A stretch of DNA of 24,000 nt, taken from NCBI GenBank assembly GCA_002898355.1, contig BEHD01000004.1, positions 46,540-70,539 of the forward strand. The letters run 5' to 3'. A program made the position numbers and the translations under genes. Under the pieces are notes generated by a model. The model was not told where the DNA came from and ran no database searches. It saw only the letters and a list, made by a program, of their open reading frames with translations. Shown here in pieces: positions 7,423 through 15,802 of this stretch (the first letter of the stretch is position 1; the number at the start of each line of letters is the position of its first letter). This DNA comes from an archaeon HR01. GTDB taxonomy: Archaea; Thermoproteota; Nitrososphaeria_A; Caldarchaeales; Caldarchaeaceae.

Positions 7423-7599
7423 ATGGATATGGCGGAGTCCAGCTCCTCGGAGACACTGCTGGCGGAGGCCGAAGAGGAACTCCTGTTCTGCGAGCGGATG
7501 ATAGCATCGGAGTCTAGACTTGAATTGGTGGTAAGAGTCCTCGAGGAGATAAGGGAGAGGCTGACGTCAATCCAGGAGTTGGACATCCACCACACCTAG
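7423..7599 (+). CDS. Small acidic coiled-coil-like protein (58 aa), hypothetical; ends at a TAG in the same frame as downstream coding-like sequence and tldD
   Basis: Below the track's size cut-off. MDMAESSSSETLLAEAEEELLFCERMIASESRLELVVRVLEEIRERLTSIQELDIHHT*. A TATA-like TTATAATA at 7397-7404 lies ~22 nt upstream of the ATG. The 72-aa minus-strand ORF 7377..7595 is its low-complexity antisense. Confidence 0.35.
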   Translation: MDMAESSSSETLLAEAEEELLFCERMIASESRLELVVRVLEEIRERLTSIQELDIHHT

Positions 7600-7713
7600 A
7601 GGAGGAAGAACCTGTTGGACCGTGTCAACATACTCTACCACCGGGCCAAAACCCTCCTAGACATGGGTGAGGAGACTAAAAGCCTCCAGGACGGGGGCAC
7701 GAAACGCTAGAGG

Positions 7714-9174
7714 GTGGATACTTTGGAGGATATTTTAGATTACGCAGTTGACCTAGGGAGGAAGTTAGGCGCCACATATGCGGAGGCCCGATACCAGAGA
7801 GACATAGGCTCCGAGACCCTCCTGAAGAATGGCGTCCCCGAGGTTACTGGAGAGAGTGTCAGCTCCGGCATCTCGGTGAGGGTTGTATACGATGGATGCC
7901 TGGGATTCGCATCCACAAACAAAACTTTGAGGAGGGATGTGGCGGAGGCTGTCCGGGACGCCGTGGCGATGGCGAGGTCGGCGTCGAAACATGTCAAGAA
8001 TAAGGTTGTGATGGCTGAAGCTCAGATGGCAAGGACGAGATATGAGGCACGTCCACGGGTTAGATTCGAAGCTGTAGATGTGAACTCTAGGCTAGAGCTT
8101 TTGAAGGAGGTTGACACGGCGGCTTTGGATGCGGCCTCCAAGATGGGTGTGAAGCTTCCCACACGCATGTTTGATGTGGGGAGCTGGGTGACTGAGAAAC
8201 ATATAGTCAACAGCGACGGTGGAAACCTTCGGAGCAGGGTTTTCCGTGCCACATTCAACTACACAATAACAGTCTTCAGCCAGCAACATGACACAATTCA
8301 GAGATTCGAGAACCTGGGTGAGGCGAGGGGCTGGGAGGCTGTTGAGAAGTGGAATATGCCTTCCAAAATCTATGAGGAGGTGATGGACACTTCCAGAGCG
8401 CTCACAACCGGTAAAGCACCCCCAGAAGAACCCGTCAACCTCATCCTCGGCCCCGAGATAGTGGGGCTTGTATGCCACGAGTCATGCGGCCACCCAGGCG
8501 AGGCTGATAGAATGCTGGGCCGTGAAGCCGCCCAGGCTGGTGAGACATACATCAAAAAAGAGCTATTGGGAACGGCGATAGGCTCCGAACATGTGACGGT
8601 GGTCGACGACCCATCAATACCCCACTCCTTCGGATACTATCTCTACGACGAGGAATGCGTTAAAGCCCGTGAAAGAGTTCTGATAGACAGGGGGGTTCTG
8701 AGGGAGCTACTCCACAACAGGGAGACCGCTCCGGTCTTCGGGGTGGAGAGCAACGGAGCCTCAAGAGCCAGCTACTACGACCGTGAGCCTATAGTGAGGA
8801 TGGCCAACACGTATATGAAGCCGGGTGACCACAGTTTTGAGGAGTTGCTCGAGCTGGCGGGCGAAGGCCTCTACATACGCTCCTACCAGGAATGGAACAT
8901 AGATGACCGCCGCTGGAACCAGAGGTATGTCGGCGTCGTGGCCTACAGGATTAGAAACGGCGAGCTGGCCGAGATGGTCCGGGACCCTGTGGTGGACCTT
9001 ACGACAAAGGGGCTATACTCATCCGTGATGGCTGTGGGAGAAGACCTTTCATTCTCGGCAGGATACTGCGGTAAGGGAGACCCCATGCAGGGTATACCGG
9101 TCTGGTTCGGAGGCCCCTCAATCCTCCTGGGAAATGTGAGGGTCGGGACCAGAAGGGGTGGTGGAGTTGGCTGA
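7714..9174 (+). CDS. tldD: TldD/PmbA-family zinc metalloprotease
   Basis: HESCGHPGEADR (HExxxH) motif, family-typical N-terminus (LGATYAEARY) and C-terminus (GYCGKGDP..GGPSILL). GTG start preceded by GAGGG (Shine-Dalgarno-like), suggesting translation from a longer transcript. Confidence 0.9.
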   Translation: MDTLEDILDYAVDLGRKLGATYAEARYQRDIGSETLLKNGVPEVTGESVSSGISVRVVYDGCLGFASTNKTLRRDVAEAVRDAVAMARSASKHVKNKVVMAEAQMARTRYEARPRVRFEAVDVNSRLELLKEVDTAALDAASKMGVKLPTRMFDVGSWVTEKHIVNSDGGNLRSRVFRATFNYTITVFSQQHDTIQRFENLGEARGWEAVEKWNMPSKIYEEVMDTSRALTTGKAPPEEPVNLILGPEIVGLVCHESCGHPGEADRMLGREAAQAGETYIKKELLGTAIGSEHVTVVDDPSIPHSFGYYLYDEECVKARERVLIDRGVLRELLHNRETAPVFGVESNGASRASYYDREPIVRMANTYMKPGDHSFEELLELAGEGLYIRSYQEWNIDDRRWNQRYVGVVAYRIRNGELAEMVRDPVVDLTTKGLYSSVMAVGEDLSFSAGYCGKGDPMQGIPVWFGGPSILLGNVRVGTRRGGGVG

Positions 9175-9547
9175 GGATGACCTGGAGCTGAGGAGGCTGC
9201 AGCTGAGACGGCTAATGAGGATGGCCCTAGCGGCTGAATCCAAGAAGCCGGCCGAGCCAGAGCGGAGGGAGCCCACCGCCGATGAGATTGTGAGGTCCAG
9301 GCTAGGTGAGAGGGGTGAGGAAGTCCTGAATGCCGCCTACGAGCAATACCCCGAGGCCACAGCCAAGATAGTGGAGCAGCTGGCCAAACTCATCAAAGAG
9401 GGGCAGATAGACACGGTCATTGACGGGTATATGCTCTACAGCCTCTTCAGAAACCTTGGCCTGCGGGTTAGGATAGAGACTAGGATAAAGTATCTTAAAA
9501 GGGGTGAGGTGAAGGATTTAAGCGAGTTCTTCAGGCAGAAGCTTTGA
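9158..9547 (+). CDS. PDCD5/TFAR19-like DNA-binding protein (COG2118-like)
   Basis: N-terminal DDLELRRLQLRRL, then the pattern PEATAKIVEQLAKLIKEGQI...ETRIKYLKR, as in archaeal PDCD5 homologues. Overlaps the tldD 3' end by 17 nt. Start ambiguous (GTG 9158, GTG 9161 or TTG 9167). Confidence 0.55.
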   Translation: MVELAEDDLELRRLQLRRLMRMALAAESKKPAEPERREPTADEIVRSRLGERGEEVLNAAYEQYPEATAKIVEQLAKLIKEGQIDTVIDGYMLYSLFRNLGLRVRIETRIKYLKRGEVKDLSEFFRQKL

Positions 9548-9612
9548 AGGCTGGCGGGTGTTTCAATCCTTAAATACACTTATATCCCAGCTAAAGCCGT
9601 CTCCGATAAATC

Positions 9613-10032
9613 ATGTCTGAGCGCTATGAGATACCCGAGGACCTGCTGTACACCAAAGACCATGAATGGGTGAGGGTTGAGAAGAAATACGCTGTGGTGG
9701 GTATCACCGATTACGCCCAGAAGAAGTTGCGGGAGATTGTGTATATAGAGATGCCCAACGTCAATACGAGGGTGAGGCAGCGGGAGGTTCTAGGCACCGT
9801 AGAGTCTGTGAAAGCCACCTCGGACATCTACTCACCCGTCTCGGGTAGGATAGTGGATGTTAACTCGAAGCTGCTGGACCATCCAGAGCTCCTCAACGAC
9901 TCACCCTACAAGGATGCGTGGATAGCCAGGATAGAGCTGGCGGACCCCTCCGAGCTGGATAAGCTCATGGACGCCGACGAATACGCCAGATATATCGAGG
10001 GGTTGGAGGAGGAGATGGAGGAGGGGGAGTAG
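9613..10032 (+). CDS. gcvH: Glycine cleavage system H protein / lipoyl carrier
   Basis: YTKDHEWV, ITDYAQ and the lipoyl-lysine motif VESVKATSDIYSPVSG. A/T box (CTTATAT, ~9582-9588) lies ~27 nt upstream. Confidence 0.9.
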   Translation: MSERYEIPEDLLYTKDHEWVRVEKKYAVVGITDYAQKKLREIVYIEMPNVNTRVRQREVLGTVESVKATSDIYSPVSGRIVDVNSKLLDHPELLNDSPYKDAWIARIELADPSELDKLMDADEYARYIEGLEEEMEEGE

Positions 10033-10037
10033 GGGAG

Positions 10038-10388
10038 ATGGTTCTTGTGAGGGTTCAGCGGGTCACAGGATACACAGACCCGGAGACCGCCAGACCCGGG
10101 AAGATAATCGAGATGGTGGAGGTTAGGAGAACGGGACTATCGGTGAAGACATCCGGACTCGGGGATGAGACGGTGATGGTCCAGCGTCTTCTCCAGACGG
10201 CCATGATGCAGCTCCAGTCCATGGGGCTGATGCCCATCTCCAGAGAGATGCTCTTCCCGAAGATAGTCCTATACCTGACGGAGGAGGAGTACGACCTCCT
10301 AAATGTCAAGCTGGAGGTGAACGAGGTGTACGAGGTCAGCTTCAAAGACGGCCAGATAGCTTTCAGCCGTCCAGTCGGCTTAGGATAG
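10038..10388 (+). CDS. Hypothetical protein (116 aa), co-transcribed with gcvH
   Basis: Starts 5 nt after the gcvH stop, with GGGGAG just upstream. Composition is ordinary for coding sequence. No family recognised by eye. Confidence 0.5.
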   Translation: MVLVRVQRVTGYTDPETARPGKIIEMVEVRRTGLSVKTSGLGDETVMVQRLLQTAMMQLQSMGLMPISREMLFPKIVLYLTEEEYDLLNVKLEVNEVYEVSFKDGQIAFSRPVGLG

Positions 10389-10973
10389 CCCCAGCTCCTC
10401 GAGGGTGTGGAGAAACCTCTCAACCACCGTGAAGCCTGCCAGAACCGTCAAGACTGCCGCCGAGATGTTAAGGGCCTGCGGATAGATATACGCCGTCAAG
10501 GTGGCCACTATAACTATCAGAAGCCTCACACCCCTCTCACCCAAACCCACATCAGCCAGCCTAACACCCAGCGACTCACCCCTAGCCCTAGAATAGCTCA
10601 CCAGCATGGAGGTGGCCAGCATAAGCAGGGCCAGAAGAGGTTGGACAACCCCGGTCAGGAGATATCCAACAGCCACAAGGGTGTCGGAGACCCTGTCGGC
10701 GACGGAGTCTAGGAACGCACCAGCCCTAGACAGCCTACCCGTCCGCCTGGCCAGAGCACCGTCCAACATATCGAGAAAACCCCCGGCCATGAGGGAGGCG
10801 GCGGCAGCGAAAAGCCAGGCCCCACCCAACCAGTAGAAGAATACGGAGAGACCTGTGAGGAGGAGGCCGGCTAGGGTGAGCTGGTCCGGGGTTACGCCGC
10901 CGGCCGCCAGCCTGTCGGCTAGGGGTGTTAGGATTGTCTCCAGCCTTCCACGGGCAACCCTTCCCAGGGCCAT
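10380..10973 (-). CDS. CDP-alcohol phosphatidyltransferase family protein (archaetidylinositol-phosphate/serine synthase-like)
   Basis: Signature DG(x)2AR(x)8G(x)3D(x)3D in LDGALARRTGRLSRAGAFLDSVADRVSD, plus multiple TM helices. TATTTAAA (minus strand, ~11003-11012) lies ~30 nt upstream. Confidence 0.85.
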   Translation of the reverse strand: MALGRVARGRLETILTPLADRLAAGGVTPDQLTLAGLLLTGLSVFFYWLGGAWLFAAAASLMAGGFLDMLDGALARRTGRLSRAGAFLDSVADRVSDTLVAVGYLLTGVVQPLLALLMLATSMLVSYSRARGESLGVRLADVGLGERGVRLLIVIVATLTAYIYPQALNISAAVLTVLAGFTVVERFLHTLEELGLS

Positions 10974-11116
10974 CGGAGGTGGGTTGGAGGCCGGCTTATT
11001 TACTGTTTAAATAGGCAGAGTCCAGCTGCTGGACTTAAGAGGGGTCGCAAAGATCTAAAACCGACAGTTTTGGTGCCCGTATCATCATCGACGGAGCATC
11101 TCACCCGCCTATATAG

Positions 11117-11208
11117 TGGGGCCGCTGGGATTTGAACCCAGGATTGCCAGCGCTCCGGCAGGCCACATCCCCAGGCTGGAGTCTTAGACCATGCTAGACC
11201 ACGGCCCC
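11117..11208 (-). tRNA. tRNA-Pro (anticodon GGG) with a 16-nt intron in the anticodon loop
   Basis: Hand fold of the reverse complement: GGGGCCG/CGGCCCC acceptor, GTCT/AGAC D stem, CCAGC/GCTGG anticodon stem, loop CTGGGG(A/C), CTGGG-TTCAAAT-CCCAG T arm, discriminator A. Total 92 nt, i.e. 76 plus 16. A/T box AAAATATATAG lies ~30 nt upstream (11234-11244). No encoded CCA. Confidence 0.85.
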
Positions 11209-11309
11209 GACGGCCTATCTGGTGGATGGCGCTCTATATATTTTGGACCGTCCCTCTTCGTGGGTAAAATCTGTACAAGATATAAATAATGCAGAGGGGC
11301 AGACCTGCC

Positions 11310-11762
11310 ATGGAGAGGAAGGCTCTAATTGTTTTGGTGGCCGCCGTGGTTGCGGCGGTGGCTGCTGGCTCTATCCTGTTATTGGGCGGGCCTGCGCTAG
11401 AGGTCCACGACGTAAGCGTTAGGGCTGGAACCGGCTCCCTCGCAGTCTTCCTAACGATTCACAACCACGGCCTCTTGGGTGACTGCCTTGTAAATGTGAA
11501 GGTCTTACACCCCGAGGGCTTGAGAGCCGAGCTTCATAGAACGGTTATGGATGCTGGAGGTGTGATGAGGATGGAGAGGGTTGACAAGATATGTGTCGGT
11601 GGGCTGGGCGAGGTGAAACTGGCAGGGCTTGAGGAGGGCGGGCTACACATAATGGTTGTGGGCGGCGACGAAGACGTTCATGAAGTCATGCTGGAGCTGG
11701 TCTTTGAGAGCGGTAGAACAATAACCGTCAAATCCGGTGTGGGCGGAGACCACAGCCACTAA
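11310..11762 (+). CDS. Copper chaperone PCu(A)C (DUF461) family, membrane-anchored/secreted
   Basis: N-terminal TM/signal segment (ALIVLVAAVVAAVAAGSILLL) and the family pattern AELHRTVMDAGGVMRMERV....GGLHIMVVG (His/Met Cu(I) ligands). Start moved from 11289 to the ATG at 11310, because TATAAATA (11281-11288) overlaps the 11289 ATG and lies ~25 nt upstream of 11310. Confidence 0.7.
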   Translation: MERKALIVLVAAVVAAVAAGSILLLGGPALEVHDVSVRAGTGSLAVFLTIHNHGLLGDCLVNVKVLHPEGLRAELHRTVMDAGGVMRMERVDKICVGGLGEVKLAGLEEGGLHIMVVGGDEDVHEVMLELVFESGRTITVKSGVGGDHSH

Positions 11763-11844
11763 GGCTGGAACTGCTCCGGCACGGTCTTATAAGGCCGCCG
11801 GAGACGTACAAAACTAAATAAAACCTAGAACCAGCATGCTTTAG

Positions 11845-11918
11845 GCCCAGGTGGTATAGCCAGGTTAGCATCGCCGGCTGTCGCCCGGCGGACCCGGGTT
11901 CAAATCCCGGCCTGGGCG
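11845..11918 (+). tRNA. tRNA-Asp (anticodon GUC)
   Basis: GCCCAGG/CCTGGGC acceptor, GCCGG-CTGTCGC-CCGGC anticodon arm, 4-nt variable loop, CCGGG-TTCAAAT-CCCGG T arm, discriminator G. The D stem pairs imperfectly in my hand fold. A/T box (AACTAAATAAAA) lies ~25-30 nt upstream. Confidence 0.85.
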
Positions 11919-12066
11919 GAAGCCTATGCTGTGGTTCCACGCTATGAATGGTATTCTACCCCATTATTCTATCTAGCTCTAATCCTTATGTTGTGGGCAT
12001 CTAGTTCAACGACCCATTTCAGTATTAAAGAAAACTTAAATAAGATAAAAAAGTCCCTTTAATAAT

Positions 12067-14439
12067 ATGAGATATGTAGGTAATAGAATAACTAAGTTTA
12101 GTGACCCTCCTCTCCTTACTGGGCGGGCAAGATATGCGGGTGATATAACACCACCTGGAACGCTCTACGCATGTTTCGTAAGATCTAAGTATGCACACGC
12201 AAGGATAAGAGGGATAGATACGAGTAGAGCTTCTAGGGTTCCAGGTGTTAGAGCATTAATTATAGGTGATGAATTCCTCGATTACCCTATCTTCCAGCCC
12301 ATATCCACTAAACCGTATAAACCCTATGGTGCCAAGGAAGCTACTGTATACCCGCTGGTAGTGGGTAAGGTTAGGTTTGTAGGGGAGCCAATTGTGATGG
12401 TTGTAGCCGAAAGCAGAATCGCTGCGGCTGAGGCAGCCTCCCTAGTAGATGTTGATTATGACGTTCTCCCTGCTGTTGTAGACCCTGAAGAGGCTCTGAA
12501 GCCAGGCGCTCCCAAGGTATACGACCACTGGGATGGAAACTTGTTTATGAAGTTCCCGTCGGAGTGGGGTGACGTTGACGCTGCTTTCGGTAAAGCTGAA
12601 TACACATTGTCTGATAGCGTTAGGATACAGCGCTTCACTGGCCAGGCATTAGAACCCCGAGCTTACGTAGCAGACTATAACACTATAGAAAACCACTTGA
12701 CCTTCTACTCGTCTACTCAACAGCCCCATCCACTTAGGACTATACTCGCAGAGACCCTTAAGATACCTGAGAACCAAGTGCGGGTTGTCCAGCCATATGT
12801 TGGTGGCGGGTTTGGTCTTAAAATACCTCCATTCCAAGAGGAGATAGCTGTAGCTGTAGCTTCTGTTAAGCTTGGACGCCCGGTTAAGTGGGTTGCAGAG
12901 AGGTGGGAAGAGTTAATGGCTGGGGGGCACGCTCGTGATCAGAGACACTATTTTGAAGTGGCATTCAACAGTGATGGAAAGATACTCGGGATGAAGGTCA
13001 GGATAATAGCTGATATGGGTGCTCTCTTCCCAACCCCCGGATGGGGTATGCCTTTAGTAACTACAATTCATCTCCCAACTGTCTATAAAGTGGAGAATTA
13101 TAGAATAGAGCTACTGGAGATTGTTACTAATAAGAATCCGCTTAATGCATATAGAGGATATGGGAAGGAGTGTGCATGCTTCCTGATGGAGAGGATAATG
13201 GACATGGTCGCTAGGAGACTTGGAAAAGATAGGATAGATATTAGGATGAAGAACTTCATCCCTCCCAATGATTTTCCAGCAAGGATATCTAGATACACAG
13301 TCCTAGATAGCGGTAATTATCCAACAGTCTTGAAGAGAGCGGTAGAGGTATTCGAGTATGAGAAATGGCTTAAGTTAAAGGAAGAGGCTAGGAAGAAGGG
13401 CCGCTATATAGGAATAGGGGTAGCGTACGAGCTGACACCGGAGGGCGCATGTATACCTGGCTCATTCTTCCTCCAATACGATGCAGTAACAATAAAAGTT
13501 GCTCCAACTGGTAAGGTTTTAGTATATACTGGTATAACATCGCCTGGGAATGGGCAGGAGACCGCTATAGCCCAGATAGTGGCTGATAACCTGGGAGTAA
13601 GCATAGACGATGTTGTTGTTTATCAGGGCGATACAGACCTATGCCCATACGGCTTAGGAAATTTTAGTGGGAGAAGCATGATATCAGGCGGTTCGGCGGC
13701 TCTACTTGCATCTATAGAATTGCGAGAGAAGCTTCGGAAAGTCGCTGCAAGGATTCTAGAGTCCCGGCCAGAGGATTTGGAGGTATCTGACGGGAAATTC
13801 TATGTTAAAGAGGTGCCTGAAAGACAGGTAACTATAAGAGACGCAGCCTTCGCTATCTATAAGAACCCTTACGACCTAGCCATAGATGTAGAGCCGGGGC
13901 TGGAAATAACTAAATACTTTAAAATGCCTAACGCGCTCCACATACCTGATGAATCAGGATATACACGAACATATACTAGCTTCCCAAACGCAGCCCATCT
14001 CTGCGCAGTAGAGGTCGATATAGAGACAGGAAAGTTTGACATCCTCAAATACGTAGTGGTTGATGATTGTGGGAAAGTTATTAACCCTATGATAGTTGAA
14101 GGACAGCTCCACGGTGGTGTAGCGCAGGGGATAGGAGGAGCGATAATGGAAGAGCTTGTCTATTCTAGCGCGGGCCAGCTGCTTACCACTACATTTATGG
14201 ATTATCCAATCCCTACAGCGAAAGAGGTTCCAGACATGATTATCGAGCATGTCGAGACACCAAGTCCATATACACCAACGGGAGCTAAAGGTGTTGGAGA
14301 GTCAGGGATAGTAGGAGCGCCCGCATGTCTAGCTAGTGCTGTAGAGGATGCGTTAAGCGACTTTGGGGTAAAGGTTATGGAGACACCGCTACGCCCAAGC
14401 CGCGTATGGCGGTTAATACAGGAGGCGAGAAAGAAGTGA
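12067..14439 (+). CDS. Molybdopterin-dependent hydroxylase large subunit (xanthine dehydrogenase/CoxL/CutA family)
   Basis: 790 aa. Motifs QPYVGGGFGLK, NAYRGYGKE and the C-terminal GAKGVGESG (active-site Glu context). Lacks the form-I CODH VAYRCSFR loop. Lower GC and different third-position usage than the flanking genes. Confidence 0.9.
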   Translation: MRYVGNRITKFSDPPLLTGRARYAGDITPPGTLYACFVRSKYAHARIRGIDTSRASRVPGVRALIIGDEFLDYPIFQPISTKPYKPYGAKEATVYPLVVGKVRFVGEPIVMVVAESRIAAAEAASLVDVDYDVLPAVVDPEEALKPGAPKVYDHWDGNLFMKFPSEWGDVDAAFGKAEYTLSDSVRIQRFTGQALEPRAYVADYNTIENHLTFYSSTQQPHPLRTILAETLKIPENQVRVVQPYVGGGFGLKIPPFQEEIAVAVASVKLGRPVKWVAERWEELMAGGHARDQRHYFEVAFNSDGKILGMKVRIIADMGALFPTPGWGMPLVTTIHLPTVYKVENYRIELLEIVTNKNPLNAYRGYGKECACFLMERIMDMVARRLGKDRIDIRMKNFIPPNDFPARISRYTVLDSGNYPTVLKRAVEVFEYEKWLKLKEEARKKGRYIGIGVAYELTPEGACIPGSFFLQYDAVTIKVAPTGKVLVYTGITSPGNGQETAIAQIVADNLGVSIDDVVVYQGDTDLCPYGLGNFSGRSMISGGSAALLASIELREKLRKVAARILESRPEDLEVSDGKFYVKEVPERQVTIRDAAFAIYKNPYDLAIDVEPGLEITKYFKMPNALHIPDESGYTRTYTSFPNAAHLCAVEVDIETGKFDILKYVVVDDCGKVINPMIVEGQLHGGVAQGIGGAIMEELVYSSAGQLLTTTFMDYPIPTAKEVPDMIIEHVETPSPYTPTGAKGVGESGIVGAPACLASAVEDALSDFGVKVMETPLRPSRVWRLIQEARKK

Positions 14440-15311
14440 TCCATCAACCATTTGAATACTTTGCCCCCAAAACCATAAACGAAGCACTCAAACTCCTAAA
14501 CAAGTATAGAGAAGACGCTAAGATATTGGCCGGGGGGCAAAGCCTAGTCCCCATGATGAACTTAGGCATAGTCTCACCGAAATATGTAATAGACATAAAC
14601 AACATAGGAAAACTGTCAGAGATCAGAGAAAACAAAAACCAGATAACGATAGCTCCATTAGTTAGGCACTATGAAATAGCTGAGTCGAAAATAATTAAAC
14701 GAGCCATACCCATGTTATCAGAGGCAGCCAGCCATATAGGCGATATGCATATAAGACATAGGGGGACCATAGGGGGAGCTATATGTCATGCAGACCCCGC
14801 AGCCGACTACGCGCCAGTGCTCGCAGCGCTAGATGCTAAGCTGGAGATACAAAGCGTTAAGAGGAGGAGGATAGTGTCTGCTAGGAACTTCTTTAAGGAT
14901 GCATTTACCACGGAGCTAAAGCCGAACGAGCTACTCAAGGCTATACACATACAAAAGGTTGGACAAAGAACAGGAACAGCCTATCAGAAGCTAGAATTTG
15001 TAAGCGGGGGTTATGCAGTGGTTGGTGTGGCAGCTTTAGTAGCACTGGATGGAGAGGGTCTGATAGAAAAGCTGGTAGTGTCGGTGGGAGGTGTAGAGAG
15101 GCGACCTATAACTATAGTTTTCAACGGGGATGTGCTAGGAAGAAAGATAGAAAACGCAACGATAGAGGAGATATGCGGCGCTGTAAAGGATAAGATATCT
15201 GAGCCGCTCTCCGATATACACGCTGACGGCGAATATAGGAGATCTATGGCGGCTGTATATACCAAGAGAGCTGTGTTGAAGGCCGCCAACCGTGCTTTAG
15301 GAGGTGAATAG
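14436..15311 (+). CDS. Mo-hydroxylase FAD-binding medium subunit (CoxM/CutB family)
   Basis: (V)IHQPFEYFAPKTINEALKLL start, AGGQSLVPMMNLG, HRGTIGGAICHADPAADY. Start set at GTG 14436, which overlaps the large-subunit TGA (GTGA coupling). The track's ATG at 14406 is the alternative. Confidence 0.85.
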   Translation: MIHQPFEYFAPKTINEALKLLNKYREDAKILAGGQSLVPMMNLGIVSPKYVIDINNIGKLSEIRENKNQITIAPLVRHYEIAESKIIKRAIPMLSEAASHIGDMHIRHRGTIGGAICHADPAADYAPVLAALDAKLEIQSVKRRRIVSARNFFKDAFTTELKPNELLKAIHIQKVGQRTGTAYQKLEFVSGGYAVVGVAALVALDGEGLIEKLVVSVGGVERRPITIVFNGDVLGRKIENATIEEICGAVKDKISEPLSDIHADGEYRRSMAAVYTKRAVLKAANRALGGE

Positions 15312-15313
15312 GG

Positions 15314-15796
15314 ATGGTTAACAAGGTAAAGGTGAACCTGAAGCTAAATGGGGAGAGATTTTCAGCGGAGATAGACCCTAGAATGCTACTATGCGACTTT
15401 ATAAGAGATGTAGCAGGTTTGACTGGGACGCATATAGGGTGCATGACAGGGAATTGCGGCGCATGCACAGTCTTGATGAATGGAAGGACAGTCAAGTCCT
15501 GCACTATACTAGCTGCGCAAGCAAACGGCTCAGATATAACAACGATTGAGGGTCTAAGCAAGGGGCTTGAACTCAATCCTATACAGCGTGCATTCCATAA
15601 ACGCTACGCTGTCCAGTGCGGCTACTGCACCCCAGGCATGATAATAACAGCCCACTATCTACTATCTCTGGGAAAGACGTTAAGCAGACAAGAGATAAGA
15701 GAACATATATCCGGAAACCTGTGTCGCTGCACCGGCTACCAGAATATAATAGATGCTATAGAGGAGTTGTTAAGGGATAAGGGGCTCTTGAGGTAA
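15314..15796 (+). CDS. Mo-hydroxylase [2Fe-2S] small subunit (CoxS/CutC family)
   Basis: Two cluster motifs: CMTGNCGACTV and CGYCTPGM...CRCTGY. GGAGGTGA lies 6 nt upstream of the ATG. Confidence 0.9.
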   Translation: MVNKVKVNLKLNGERFSAEIDPRMLLCDFIRDVAGLTGTHIGCMTGNCGACTVLMNGRTVKSCTILAAQANGSDITTIEGLSKGLELNPIQRAFHKRYAVQCGYCTPGMIITAHYLLSLGKTLSRQEIREHISGNLCRCTGYQNIIDAIEELLRDKGLLR

Positions 15797-15802
15797 GGCT
15801 AT

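Noticed and set aside
11021-11037. 17-nt palindrome AGTCCAGCtGCTGGACT between the CDP-alcohol transferase promoter and tRNA-Pro
   Set aside because: It is real in the sequence but isolated. It could be a tRNA 3' structure or a binding site, and I have no basis to assign a function. It is not repeated elsewhere in the window.
11040-11116. C/D-box sRNA downstream of tRNA-Pro (minus strand contains GATGATGA)
   Set aside because: There is a C-box-like motif but no CUGA D or D' box within the expected 50-70 nt, and no terminal stem.
11222-11422. 66-aa ORF overlapping the PCu(A)C gene start and the tRNA-Pro promoter
   Set aside because: It is out of frame with the PCu(A)C gene, which has the family motifs. 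It begins inside the tRNA-Pro upstream A/T box and has no recognisable features.
11728-11940. 70-aa minus-strand ORF
   Set aside because: It is antisense to tRNA-Asp (11845-11918) and its flanks, so it is an artefact of the structured GC-rich tRNA sequence.
12067-15796. Calling the Mo-enzyme an aerobic carbon monoxide dehydrogenase (coxLMS)
   Set aside because: The active-site loop reads NAYRGYGKE, not the form-I VAYRCSFR. The gene order is L-M-S. No coxDEF-type accessory genes are present. It is kept as a generic XDH/CoxL-family hydroxylase.
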